Of a stretch of 64,000 nt of DNA, positions 10,601 to 20,753 are shown in pieces (positions within the stretch are counted from its first letter, which is position 1; each line of letters opens with the position of its first letter). This stretch comes from an uncultured Poribacteria bacterium. Lineage in GTDB: Bacteria > Poribacteria > WGA-4E > WGA-3G. The position numbers and the translations under genes are program-made. Under the pieces are notes generated by a model, which was not told where the DNA came from, made no database searches, and saw only the letters and a list, made by a program, of their open reading frames with translations. The stretch is taken from positions 2,208,001 to 2,272,000 of the forward strand of contig OX638351.1 of the NCBI GenBank assembly GCA_951813565.1, read 5' to 3'.

Positions 10601-11608
10601 TCTGAGAAAACGGAGAACCTTGGGAAAGCTGGTGATGTCGTTCTTGGCACATGTGCAGCAAAGGCACTTAAACTTCTAAAACATGCCCGTATCACGGGTA
10701 ACGGCGCCTCACTTGAATCGGGTAAAAAAGCGCTTTCGTTCATGGATCGTTTTTCGGTGCCACGTGGTGCGCAGACGTGGGAATGTCCACTGTATGAACC
10801 TGATATTCTCGCTGCAGCACACGCAATCGGTGCCTATGTGGAAGCGCATGAAATCACCGGTAATAAATCATATTTGAAGCGAGCAGAATATTGGGCAGAG
10901 ACAGGGCTGCCGTTTCTTTATCATTGGCATCTTCCTGATCGCCCCGGCATGCTGTTCGCTTCCATACCGGTTTTCGGCACTACATTCTACACCCATTCTT
11001 GGCTCGGCGTGCCGGTGCAGTGGAACGGTTTGGTGTATGCCTATTATTTGCAGCGTCTAAACCAACATACACGAGATGAAAAATGGCGCAAGGTGGCTGA
11101 AGGTATAACGATAAGTGCCATGTATCAGCAGTGGACAGACGGTGAATTGAAAGGCACGTATCCTGATGGATTCTACGGTTTTTGCACTGAAGGCAAAGGC
11201 CCGCATCTTAATCCTGAAGATATTATGGTCAATGTTTATGCACTTCGTGGACTCGACCCCGGTGTTAAGACCGCAATCGCAGGTTCAATCCATTTGAGTT
11301 CTGGGGCAGTCCCCGAATCTCTAACTACATCCCGTAATGGTGAATTAAAGTGGACCCTTAACTATGCAGAAAATGAAATCAGCCATACAATGATTACCGG
11401 TTATAAACATATTCCATCTCTCATCCGTGCACAATCTGCAGAAGGTGATGGGGATAGAGATGATTCTGCATTTGACATACCTCAAGTTGATTCCCTTGAA
11501 GAGGTCACATCAGGATGGCGTTACCTACAAGAAAAAGACGCTATCCTGATAAAACAGATACACATTACTGCAGAGATGCAGTTTCAACTTATTAAAGAGG
11601 TTGAATAA
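7652..11608 (+). CDS. Large hypothetical protein: acidic E/T/P-rich disordered N-terminus, CARDB/Ig-like domain, probable alpha/alpha-barrel C-terminus
   Basis: 1318-aa ORF with AGGAG RBS. 'IKNVGAG...LAPGETSTFVW' is CARDB-like; helical 'YLKRAEYWAE' segment. Confidence 0.7.
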   Translation: MLTFFQHFLIGKMDEETQNDEEAVDQEQPESEHQNETPDPDSPEPVDENAESDTSNDAQLESDSDAPSEDTETPHPEETPETDEVSEVEVVSEVEETHEPQGTSEIEETPEVEMMPETEDIPEADRTSESEDTPVEDSPPEVEVMSETEDETSETEETSKTDETPETEETPEEEASLEVDETPAPSEPQIPYSLGESEELFDFVAMFEESKSSGAEHISANMADSAGGVTKPALFEHPSPTDSARIVYELTLPSVEENENLCLYFSIGLRDGVVFDDPQRQPGGVKFSVEIAGEQCFEAVSTACQWAENGVNLTRYAGEKVELVFITQCNVEGNSSFAWALWGQPKLLKLTRTGAASTEEGAKNPQGVPSEIQCGLAIAKLPEDRTALFEFNRDGWTPAHEIAAEIYNQLDIEPIDLTLYAAQPKLEIVSVGTTAAVVCTGEAFEIQCTIKNVGAGPVGKDSGTRLSISDIKLRRGRPSHNVKTLAPGETSTFVWYVRGVPRQTDLKFSVLLKSRALKLEERMRGVVQMRPALPKLETQVIPELHTYMDGEHVVLGNKNLRIVLVHSGEQAQPKNRKSNKKPQEKFLEGFEYYAIFVSKGSTYQQVATSKMIAEVTYRSNDTVHNLKFVPNDVQLAGNSLGESIVRLTGEHKDSDGVTWTIQLQLILTEDAKRVKAIYRLAVDGERQLLAFRGAEIYAGHKSSREKKTAALFPGLEFLEDDEPSSNVRDAAPPLNNRLVPHPYKITVPVMAVEMQKSVVGITWNPLQSWDGEAQSVSAVFASPNWHHQERNHLMGLFVPTVPEWVKENTLVAETAYQLTPKQPITIDCQIIADGNATILDAISHWTSAYGKPKPLESPRNDEEEVLLSRHGFMHTIWDEEARQSRHCVDWASHNEPGFATLLWYDYLVTKSEDVKARIKEIAEKTIADVGADGLAARGSCHILSGEFPFYYGHLDAALGYYEAEVQPIIESQTEDGSWGFQPTSEKTENLGKAGDVVLGTCAAKALKLLKHARITGNGASLESGKKALSFMDRFSVPRGAQTWECPLYEPDILAAAHAIGAYVEAHEITGNKSYLKRAEYWAETGLPFLYHWHLPDRPGMLFASIPVFGTTFYTHSWLGVPVQWNGLVYAYYLQRLNQHTRDEKWRKVAEGITISAMYQQWTDGELKGTYPDGFYGFCTEGKGPHLNPEDIMVNVYALRGLDPGVKTAIAGSIHLSSGAVPESLTTSRNGELKWTLNYAENEISHTMITGYKHIPSLIRAQSAEGDGDRDDSAFDIPQVDSLEEVTSGWRYLQEKDAILIKQIHITAEMQFQLIKEVE

Positions 11609-11748
11609 ATTACCTAAATTCTGTAAAGTGTCTAAAGTTGTATAGATTTTAGAATGGAAACGAAAGACATCGTTTTTAATGATCTGCAACCCTTTTCACA
11701 TTTACAAACTTTTTTTAGATGGGACTATGTGTCCCAATCGGAGGAAAC

Positions 11749-12090
11749 ATGAAAGCGCAAAGAATCGTATCAGCAACATTCTGTTTGGTGATGGTATCAC
11801 TATGTGTCTTCGCTATATTTACAACAACTGTTATAGCTCAAGATGATAGTGCTGCCGCAGAAGAAGCTCCACTTTTTGACTTGAAAGGTATCGCACGAGA
11901 TATTATTATAGTAGCGATCTTTAGCATTGCGGGATTAATCATTTTGATGATCGGGTATAAGGTGTTTGATATGGCAACGCCGTATGACCTCAACCGGCAG
12001 ATTGCTGAAGAGAACAACACCGCTGCAGGCATTGCGGTTGCAGGTGTTCTTGTCTCGCTCGGTATTATTGTTGCTGCTGCTATGGGGTAA
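11749..12090 (+). CDS. DUF350 family membrane protein
   Basis: GGAGG RBS. 'GYKVFDMATPYDLNRQIAEENNTAAGI'. Confidence 0.85.
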   Translation: MKAQRIVSATFCLVMVSLCVFAIFTTTVIAQDDSAAAEEAPLFDLKGIARDIIIVAIFSIAGLIILMIGYKVFDMATPYDLNRQIAEENNTAAGIAVAGVLVSLGIIVAAAMG

Positions 12091-12213
12091 CAGACCACTT
12101 AGTCTTATGTAGCGGGTAGACATGTTCTGCTCGCTACATGGACGGTGCAATGACAATCTTTGAGTTTATTTGAGAGTATGAATTTTAATCATGATTATTT
12201 CGTAAGGAGTACT

Positions 12214-12671
12214 ATGTTTAGAAAGATTTTTATTCTCGTTATGATAGTTAGCGCACCGGTGCTCAACTTAGCGTATGCGGATCCGGGAGAAACAGATGAA
12301 AGAGGCGGACATTATGACCGATTAACAGGAAAATATCACTATCATAACGCAAATCCACTTGATCAAACCACCCTTGAAATACAACAGATTGCACTTGCTG
12401 ATGCTAAACGTGATGCTATGCAAGCGGATATTTCTACTTGGTACGGTGCTGGCTTTTTATTGGTATATTTGGTATCGGTGCCGCATATGTTGTAACACCT
12501 ACTGTACCTCCACAAAATTTGCTTGGTAAATCTCCAACTTATATTATATTTTATACTGATGCGTATCAAGAAGAAGCAAAAAAACAGCGGGTTGAAGCCG
12601 CAGGTACTGGTTGTCTCGTTTGGGGCGGTGCTGTGGCGTTGTATTACCTATATACTACAGGGCAATTATAA
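12214..12671 (+). pseudogene. YHYH-motif exported/membrane protein, frameshifted near 12455
   Basis: Signal peptide plus 'PGETDERGGHYDRLTGKYHYH'. The C-terminal half continues in another frame (12438-12671) after ggctttttattggt. Confidence 0.6.
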
Positions 12672-12759
12672 TTCTTGACATAAAGCCCTACACAATTTTG
12701 TTTACCCGTTTAGTGGGAAGTAAATAAAAACAAAGGCAACTTCTATTGTAGGTAGCAAA

Positions 12760-13569
12760 ATGGAACAAACATCTTACTTGTCAGAACAAACTGTCAGTCC
12801 AGATCAAATTCAGGAATGGGTGGAGACCTTCCACCGTGACGGGTGTCTATTCCTTCAAAATGTGTTAACTCCTGACCACTGCGCGGAACTTCGGCAGGAT
12901 TTGGAGTGGTCACTTGAAAACAATCCAAATGGCTTGAACAGTGGAAATCACGAATCAACGATGCACTTGTGTCATCGCATGTTTGAGCACAGCAAGGCAA
13001 ACCTACGGTTATTTGACCTTGAACCTATTGTTTCCTTTGCTGAAGCACTTGTTGCTGGAAACTGCCATGTTATCCACAACAACTCCTTTCAAACACGTCC
13101 TGGTGGCGGAATCACCTCTTGGCACCAAGACGATGCCCCACATTACATTGTAACAGAGGGCGAACCGCCAAAAAACGTAAAACTTCCCGTGCTGCTTTTT
13201 ACCGCCAATTACTATCTCACCGATGTCACCGAGATTGAACATGGTGGAACGGAGGTTATTCCGGGGTCACATCTTTTCGGCGCATCACCTCCCAACCCGA
13301 TGAAGGGAACGGAGTGGGAAGAAAAGGTCCAATACAACCTCGGTAAAGCGGGAAGCGTGATTATGTTTAACAATCAGGTATGGCATCGGGGTGGTCCAAA
13401 TCAGACCCAACGCATCAGATACATTACGCAGGTAACTTACGCGCGCCGATTGGTTGGTCATAAATTCTATCCGTTTATGAATTATAATATGCCCGAATCA
13501 GTTTATCGGGACGCTAACCCGCGGCTACGTCGATTGTTAGGATTTCTCAATCATGGTGCTTACGGTTAA
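12760..13569 (+). CDS. Phytanoyl-CoA dioxygenase (PhyH) family protein
   Basis: 'WHQD', 'GGTEVIPGSH', 'GSVIMFNNQVWHRG'. Confidence 0.9.
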   Translation: MEQTSYLSEQTVSPDQIQEWVETFHRDGCLFLQNVLTPDHCAELRQDLEWSLENNPNGLNSGNHESTMHLCHRMFEHSKANLRLFDLEPIVSFAEALVAGNCHVIHNNSFQTRPGGGITSWHQDDAPHYIVTEGEPPKNVKLPVLLFTANYYLTDVTEIEHGGTEVIPGSHLFGASPPNPMKGTEWEEKVQYNLGKAGSVIMFNNQVWHRGGPNQTQRIRYITQVTYARRLVGHKFYPFMNYNMPESVYRDANPRLRRLLGFLNHGAYG

Positions 13570-13618
13570 ACACACTTGTGTTGTATTTGCTTTTCATAGA
13601 TAGAATTTTGTCATTATA

Positions 13619-13864
13619 ACGACTTGTGCCAGTTAAGTGAAAGTTTTGTTGTTTTTCACAATTGTTCATATTTTGGAATCAACGCCAAATACGCTTTTGG
13701 CATTTGGCCGGAGCGATCTCCGAATCGCGACACGTTTGCAATCGGGAATCGGAGTTCCCTCCTACCTTGAGGACAGCAGCTATCGGAAAAGTTGCGGAAT
13801 GCAAACCCAAACAAGAGGAACATGTGAAATATAAATATACTAAATGTTAACTGGGACAACGCGT
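13619..13864. mobile_element. 246-bp MITE with 7-bp target duplication (cattata)
   Basis: Ends acgacttgtgccagttaa / ttaactgggacaacgcgt. Near-identical inverted copy at 59971-60216. Confidence 0.9.
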
Positions 13865-13951
13865 CATTATAGCAAAAAAATGTTATAATATTAATGGAGA
13901 ATTCCTTACAGATTCTGCTTGCTTCATTATATCATAAAGGTTTCCTTAATA

Positions 13952-14029
13952 ACGAGTTGTGCTAAATAACCTTTTGTATAACTTTATTTCACAAAAGAAA
14001 ATGTTCGTAAGTCATTATCATATATTTAT
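13952..14029. mobile_element. Orphan MITE end (acgagttgtgctaaataa) cut off by IS1634
   Basis: Matches the left end of the 28648-28974 element. Confidence 0.6.
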
Positions 14030-15748
14030 CCTACATTCCGCAGTTACGGATCTGGAAAATAAACTTTTTTGACTTCTATACCTAATATGTTGATAATTTG
14101 AGACTTTATCACTGTTATGTTCACGATAGTGCGTTGTATATGACCGTTTTGTTCTATCAATAGGACATCAATACCCTCAAACATTTGAAAGATGCGTCGG
14201 CGTGTTGGGTTCTGCGTTGACTTACCAACTTGGTTGGGTATCGTTTGTTCTTGTTTGACCAACTCGGTTTGAACCCATCGTTCCGCAAGCGCATAAACAA
14301 GCAGCGAAAGTCCCATCACCATCAGCAATGCCATGATGCGTTGGTTGTTTTTTAGATATAGACTGGCGGCAAAGAATAAAGGGTCTTTCAAAAAGCGAAA
14401 ACTGCGTTCTACAGAGATGTTCTGTGCTTTATACACATCAAGTAAAGTGGCATCGTCAAGTAAAGTTGTGTCTAACTCATTCGTGGCGAGCACAAATCTG
14501 CCTTTGCTGCGCTTGAGTTTTTCAATTGCTTCCACATTCGCAACGACTTTACCCTCAATCCGATAACGGAAGTGTGTCGGTTTATCCGTTTTGTTAGGTC
14601 GTCCCGGAGTTGTATAATGTGGAACAGAGATGATGGTGGCACAAGGTTGATGATACTTCCAAGATTTGGATATATCTGCCACAGCGGCTTCAGCAGCTGA
14701 ATAGGTGTCAAACGTTTTATGCTGCAATCGCTTGAAGGATGTCTCGGCAACCCCCTATGCTTTGGCAATCTTTTTTTCCAAAGTCGCCACTTCACGATGG
14801 GACGCTGCATCGGAATAAACAACTAACCACCTTTGAGGAACACCGCCATAGGTGCTATCAACCGAAAGATAACGATACCCATCAAGTAGTGCCGGCTGCA
14901 TCGCTTCAGTGGAGATAGTTTGATAGAGGGCTTTGACAGCTTTGATCGTCTCAGGCACACGCGTAATAAAACGCACATCACAGAGCGTCGTAATGTTATG
15001 GGCGGTATAGAGCGCACTATCCGCTACAAAATAAGGCGGTTCACTGCCACGCAGTTGCGCCAGATATGCGCGGATCGTGTCTGGGAAACTTGTTTTATCA
15101 GCCTTATTTCCATCAAGTGCTTTGAACCATACCGGGAACTGAGACCGATAAGAACAAATGAGTTGGACAACCACCTGTTTGAGGTCCCGACGCTGATCCC
15201 GACTATATCCGTGGGTGATGTGAATGGCGTGTTCATCGTCCGTTTCGGTATCATAGTCTCCATGCAAACTAAACGTGCTACTATCCAGATGGACAAAACG
15301 ATGGTCTATGTCAAATGTTGATAATGCCTTGGACGCAACTATCGCAAAAAGTTCGGTAACTCCGTTTTCATAAAGAGTATCTAAAGCACGCCCAAGACTA
15401 TCGTCCGAAAAATCGGCAGCACAGCGGTGAGACCGGACCAACAAGTCCACGGGTTTATTAGAAAAAAACTCAGGTGTCAAGTAGAGAGGGCGTGAGACAA
15501 AGCCTAAAGCATTCAAGATCATTGCGGACACAGCTTCACCCACTGAAACTTTCCGTTTCGTTAGACCAATAAAGGTATCAATCGTGTCAATCAAGTCAAT
15601 ACGATCACATACACCAGCAACAATGCCAAGATGATCTAAGCGTAGGGTTGTAAAAGTAGGTTCAGTTATGGTATCATCTCCTATTATTCAAGATACAACA
15701 GTATAACATAAATACTTAAAATCTGATTTAACAACTGCGGAATGTAGG
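14030..15748 (-). mobile_element. IS1634-family insertion sequence
   Basis: Perfect 16-bp inverted repeats cctacattccgcagtt (14030-14045) / aactgcggaatgtagg (15733-15748). No clear target duplication. Confidence 0.85.
14044..15669 (-). pseudogene. IS1634 transposase pseudogene
   Basis: 'RLDHLGIVAG', 'HLDSSTFSLHG', 'GYSRDQRRDLKQ', 'VERSFRFLKDP'. ATA at the expected start after AGGAG; frameshift near 14755. Confidence 0.85.
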
Positions 15749-16221
15749 ATATAAGGTAGGGTCATCCACCTATGGAGGAGGAAAAGTAAGACTTAAGGTA
15801 GTAAGCGTTTTCTGGCAAATCAACTTATACACAAAATATGAAGAGAAAAAAGAAAACACCTTTTTACGGGTGATAATTCATCAGACTTAGATGAGATTTC
15901 GGGGGCTATACATGCACTCAAATATCTAAAAGGACAAGTAGAAAATCTAAATATTGAGGGTCATTCGACGATTCCCATAATTCAAGGGGAGATCCGCAGA
16001 CTCAAGGAAACCCGCAGACTCAGACCACCCGCGAGTTTTTTAAACCATGTACTTTTGAAAATTGAATTTACTCTTGATCGCAAAATGTCAGATGGCACTC
16101 GTGGGAGTGGTATGAATCCAGACGCTATGCCAGGTAGAATAGAAGCGTGTGAGCGTATAGTGAATTTTGTACTGGAGTTAGATGCTGAAATCAAAAACGA
16201 GCACCCGTAAAGCCGAGATAT

Positions 16222-16776
16222 TTATAACAAATTCTTCCGCGAGTGAAACGTCTCCTCCCCAAACAGAGACATCTGCCCACCCGTCCTACGTTCAATAACC
16301 TGCTCCTGTGTTGCCTGCTCACTATTTTCGTCAATATGAATCACAGGCAAATCTTGATTGGTTAGGGTAGCACTAATCAGTTTAGTTCGGTGACAATGTT
16401 CCGGTTTTTCCTCAGCACACATAAGCGCAACGCGCTGCTGTTGTGAAAAAGCAGTGTGGAGACGTTCAATACCACTTTGATAGAATTCCGCATTCTTAAC
16501 TTTTTCGTAATCAACCATACCGTTCACATAGCACGATTCATCATCAGGTTTCCCACCGAGCAGATCACCCATATACACATAGCGAATACCGTGCTGTTCC
16601 AATTCATTTGCAAGCGGTTTTTTGGAAAACTCTGGTTTATAGCGTGAATACGGCACTGAGCGGACATCTATGAGATATGCAATTTTATATCGCTGTAGCA
16701 CCTCAATGAACTCTGCTATTGAACGGCTGCCATAACCTATCGTCCAGATTGGAATCGTGTCTGTTGTTATTTTCAT
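16222..16776 (-). CDS. DUF488 family protein
   Basis: 'TIGYGSRS', 'LIDVRSVPYSR', 'ALMCAEEKPEHCHR'. Confidence 0.9.
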   Translation of the reverse strand: MKITTDTIPIWTIGYGSRSIAEFIEVLQRYKIAYLIDVRSVPYSRYKPEFSKKPLANELEQHGIRYVYMGDLLGGKPDDESCYVNGMVDYEKVKNAEFYQSGIERLHTAFSQQQRVALMCAEEKPEHCHRTKLISATLTNQDLPVIHIDENSEQATQEQVIERRTGGQMSLFGEETFHSRKNLL

Positions 16777-17077
16777 GAGAGTCAGATAATATCACATCCA
16801 TCGCTAAAAAACAACCAGATTTCTAATTCATCTTTAGGACTGACCAATGCCTATAGGCGTTTGGTGTTGATTCGGATTTATCCGATTGTTGAAACAGATT
16901 CAATATAAATTTGCCAATAGGTTTCCCTAATCCGCGTAATCCGAGCAATCCGCGAAAATCCGCGATTCAGAAATTGACAAAATACGCTTGCTATCTTCGT
17001 CCGAAATCTGCTATATTTTTAAAGTTCACAGAAGTACCTTATGAGAACACACCATTTTCAAAAAGCGCGGATTTTAG

Positions 17078-19129
17078 ATGAAACACCCATTAGTTGTAAT
17101 CTTCCTCACTGTTTTAGTGATATACGTATTCATCTCCGAAGTGCCAGCACAAGACAGTGAAACTATTCCTGACAAACTTGTGCTGACATTAGACTTACTG
17201 AATTCTGGAATCGTAGTAGATTCTGGAACTGGACTTTATCCTTGGAAGTATCATCCGGGCGATAACCCAGAATGGGCAAATCCAACCTTTGATGATACCG
17301 AGTGGGAATCCATTGGTACATTAGGCACACTGGCACCTCAAAATGAACTACACGAAAGTGGGAAGAAGGGCATCGGTTGGTACAGACTACATGTATCCGT
17401 TTCTGATAAGCAGCTATGGAATGTTCCGTTGGCACTCCAGGTGATGTATCAAGCAGGGGCTTCTGAAATCTATCTTGACGGGGTGTTGATTTATGCCTTT
17501 GGTAAAGTGGGGACGCGGAAAGAGGAAGAGGAAGTTTATTGGGAGCGAAACCCACAGGTCATCTCGTTTTCCGGTGAAACTGATCATGTTATCGCAGTTC
17601 GGTATTCCAACTTCTCGTCTCCGTTTGGATTTTGGCTTGCCCTTGCACCACTGGATGAAAGTATTAAATCTCGTGTCACTATGGTTCGTCAAGGCACCAC
17701 TTTACAGATGGTATGGACAGCGATTACTGTTTTCCTCATGCTGCAGCATCTATTGCTGTTTTTCTTTTATCCCGGCGCAAGAGAAAACCTCTATTTCGCG
17801 ATATCAACTGGGAGCATCGGGGCATTTATTTTTCTCACCTTCCAATTTATTCTGTGGACGACAAGCAACACACAAATTCTGTTTTTACTTCGGCTACTTA
17901 TCTGCGTATATGTACTAATATTTGTGTCGGGAAAGTTATTCCTCTATACCCTTTTTTATCCAAAGCTGCCCAAACTCTCTTGGTTCTTTCTTACAGGATG
18001 GGTTGTTACCCTTTGTGTCAATCTATTTGATATTGATAAATACACGTTTGATATTACGAGTTCTTATTCGTCTAATTTCAGCGCAGGATTAGGAGGTAAC
18101 CTCTTACTTCTATTTACGATTTTAACGCTTTTAGAGATTGTTCGAGTTATTATTGTTGCCATCTTTAAGAAAAAAGATGGCGCGTGGATTTTTGGACTTG
18201 GTTCACTCTCGCCTTTTATCCTCCCATTCATATTCGGTTTTATCGTTTCACGAACAGGCTACGATATTACTTGGGAATTGGGAACACTCATAATATTCCT
18301 TGCGCCACTTTTTTCAATGTCGATTTATCTTGCTCGCAACTTTTCTCGAACGAGACGAAAACTTGAAACAGAGGAGCTTGAGCGACAACTCTTGGAAGTT
18401 GAAAACACGCGCAAAACAGAGGAATTGGAAGAAGCACGAAAACTCCAGATGTCAATGCTGCCGCAAGCTCCACCTGAACTTCCGAATCTTGATGTTGCTT
18501 TTGAGATGCGCCCCGCAACAGAGGTGGGCGGCGACTATTACGACTTCAATCTTACGGAGGAAGGTCGACTTACCATTGCAATCGGAGATGCTACAGGCCA
18601 CGGCATGAACGCAGGACTTGTCGTTTCTGCTGTCAAGAGCCTTTTCAAAACATCTGCACCAGGAGCAGGAAACTTAGATACACTTGAACGTATCTCACAA
18701 GGTGTTAAAAGTATGAACCTGAAAAGGTTATACATGGCAATGACGCTCGCTACGTTCAATGACAATATATTGACACTTGCAGCCGCAGGAATGCCACCGC
18801 CTCTCATCTATCGCTCAGACGAAAACATGGTAGAGGAGATACTACTTGAGGGGATGCCTTTGGGTGGGGTTATTGGTGCTGAGCGACAAGAAGCAACGTT
18901 TGAACTCCAGTCAAGGGATACTATCCTGCTTATGAGTGACGGTCTACCAGAAATGATGAATCCTAAAAACAAAATGTTGGATTATCCAAAAACGAAGGAA
19001 CTTTTTGCAGAAGTTGCGGACAAATCTCCAAAAGCAATTATCAATCATCTCTTTAAAGCGGGCACTTCGTGGGCAGACGGAGAACCACAGACAGATGATG
19101 TGACATTTGTTGTCATCAAAGTAAAATAA
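17078..19129 (+). CDS. Membrane SpoIIE/PP2C phosphatase with extracellular sugar-binding-like domain and 7TM region
   Basis: 'WKYHPGDNPEWA', 'GIGWYRLH', multiple TM helices, 'EVGGDYYD', 'IGDATGHG', 'SDGLPE', 'DDVTFVV'. Confidence 0.9.
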   Translation: MKHPLVVIFLTVLVIYVFISEVPAQDSETIPDKLVLTLDLLNSGIVVDSGTGLYPWKYHPGDNPEWANPTFDDTEWESIGTLGTLAPQNELHESGKKGIGWYRLHVSVSDKQLWNVPLALQVMYQAGASEIYLDGVLIYAFGKVGTRKEEEEVYWERNPQVISFSGETDHVIAVRYSNFSSPFGFWLALAPLDESIKSRVTMVRQGTTLQMVWTAITVFLMLQHLLLFFFYPGARENLYFAISTGSIGAFIFLTFQFILWTTSNTQILFLLRLLICVYVLIFVSGKLFLYTLFYPKLPKLSWFFLTGWVVTLCVNLFDIDKYTFDITSSYSSNFSAGLGGNLLLLFTILTLLEIVRVIIVAIFKKKDGAWIFGLGSLSPFILPFIFGFIVSRTGYDITWELGTLIIFLAPLFSMSIYLARNFSRTRRKLETEELERQLLEVENTRKTEELEEARKLQMSMLPQAPPELPNLDVAFEMRPATEVGGDYYDFNLTEEGRLTIAIGDATGHGMNAGLVVSAVKSLFKTSAPGAGNLDTLERISQGVKSMNLKRLYMAMTLATFNDNILTLAAAGMPPPLIYRSDENMVEEILLEGMPLGGVIGAERQEATFELQSRDTILLMSDGLPEMMNPKNKMLDYPKTKELFAEVADKSPKAIINHLFKAGTSWADGEPQTDDVTFVVIKVK

Positions 19130-19247
19130 TTGGGCGTATGCATAAAAACGGTGTCGGATTTCTACTTAAAAGTAGTAGGCACGCTCCGCGTGCCGTACAC
19201 AAATAAAGCACAATATATTACGCTATTATCCTTGCAGGAGTTCTGGC

Positions 19248-20456
19248 ATGACTACGATGATAACTTCATTTCTCAGCGAACAACAAATCGTAGACTACCA
19301 TGAAGATGGCTACCTGATTATTCGTAATGTCTTATCTGCAAAGGAAGCGGATGAACTTCGGCGCACTGTCGTACAACAAGTACAACGGGGAGCCTATCCA
19401 TCCACGCTTACATACCCTCAGCCAGCGAAATATACAGTTAGCGGTAACCGACTCGCTGATCCGGGACTCGCTGCGATTGCAGAACATCCTACGGTTATTG
19501 GGGCAGTAGAATCTGTGCTCGGTCAATCAGCATTTCTCACCGCTTATGTAGCATATCTACGAACGCCCGGAGATAAGGGTGCCGGTGCCCATTGTGACTA
19601 CAAAAGGTGGCGACCCGTCGGTTCATCAATGAACTGGGTATTTGCCATTATTCCACTGACTGATTTCAATACGGAATACGGGCCTTTTCTCGTATCCCCA
19701 AAATCACATAAATTGACGCAGATAATTGATCCAGACGCGCACATTTTAGATCTTACAAAACCCAATCCCGAAGAGTTGCTTCCGTTTATTGATCCTGAAC
19801 TCAAAGCAGGTGACTTACTCGTAGTCAATGAACATGTGTGGCATAAAGCACCTGCAGGCACTACAACTGAAGATCGGTGCGGTATCTTCAATAAATATTG
19901 TGCTGTAGACGCACCACCCGCAGCAGGGTATTATCCTTACAGTCCAGATGCATTGGACGCATTAAGCGACAATGGCAAACGCATCATTCCTGTCTGTTTT
20001 GACAAACCTATAACGACAACGCGTCTGCTCATTGAGTCTTTGTCAGGTCAAGAATCAAGATTTTTGCTGCACCACAACGTGGAGACTGGCACCTGGGAAC
20101 TACCGGGCGGCGAAGGATGGGAAGAAGAGAAATTGGTCGGTTGGGATGTCGGTTCACGAATCGGTTTGCTGCAAGAACTCACCCGAACGCAACTTGGATT
20201 AGAGGTGCCATGGATGTCCTATATTGAGGATATTGAAAATACAGATGGCGTCTGCCGCATCTACGGTTTTTCTGACAAACAACTGGAAACCGATGCACTG
20301 GCAAATGGCAACTACGATTGGTTTACAAAGTCCCAGCTGCAACATTACCTCAGTGAAAACGGCACTATCTGTCGCACAGTCGAAACTTGGCATCAATCCG
20401 GTATTATTCGCGGTAAAGGCAAAGCTTGCCATCAGAGTCGAGAGCAGTTTGCGTAG
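19248..20456 (+). CDS. PhyH-family dioxygenase with C-terminal degenerate Nudix-like domain
   Basis: 'AHCD', 'SPKSH', 'AGDLLVVNEHVWHKA'. C-terminal 'FLLHH...WELPGGEG'. Confidence 0.8.
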   Translation: MTTMITSFLSEQQIVDYHEDGYLIIRNVLSAKEADELRRTVVQQVQRGAYPSTLTYPQPAKYTVSGNRLADPGLAAIAEHPTVIGAVESVLGQSAFLTAYVAYLRTPGDKGAGAHCDYKRWRPVGSSMNWVFAIIPLTDFNTEYGPFLVSPKSHKLTQIIDPDAHILDLTKPNPEELLPFIDPELKAGDLLVVNEHVWHKAPAGTTTEDRCGIFNKYCAVDAPPAAGYYPYSPDALDALSDNGKRIIPVCFDKPITTTRLLIESLSGQESRFLLHHNVETGTWELPGGEGWEEEKLVGWDVGSRIGLLQELTRTQLGLEVPWMSYIEDIENTDGVCRIYGFSDKQLETDALANGNYDWFTKSQLQHYLSENGTICRTVETWHQSGIIRGKGKACHQSREQFA

Positions 20457-20753
20457 GTTGACATGAAGACCATAGGAATCAGAACAAAACAACCAAATTT
20501 ATTGCTTGTTTCTCCAATCAAAAAATTCCTTGTTATTTATATATAGAATATGTTATATTAACTAAAACTGTGATTTTGCATGAATAGTGCATCAGTTCTG
20601 CTTTTTTTTCTAACTTTTTTGGGACAATTGTGTCTAATTCATAGAGGTATGATTGGAATTTTCTGCAAGAATATCTATATCAGGAAACTTGTGCGGTGCT
20701 TCGGGGTGACTATTCAGTAGATAGACAGGATTTGCCATAGACTAAGGTAAAAG

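Noticed and set aside
12440..12470. Programmed frameshift or phase variation in the YHYH gene
   Set aside because: The T-run is only 5 nt and no stimulatory structure is evident; a simple 1-bp loss or sequencing error is more likely.
13637..13859. Short ORFs duplicated at 59946-60198
   Set aside because: They are incidental frames within the 246-bp MITE, with no RBS or recognisable domain.
16930..16968. 9-bp imperfect tandem repeat (aatccgcg-like x4)
   Set aside because: Short degenerate intergenic repeat with no evidence of a specific function.
20611..20637. sigmaE-like promoter TAACTT-N16-TCTAA before the Yip1 gene
   Set aside because: Single imperfect match in AT-rich DNA; not distinguishable from chance without TSS data.
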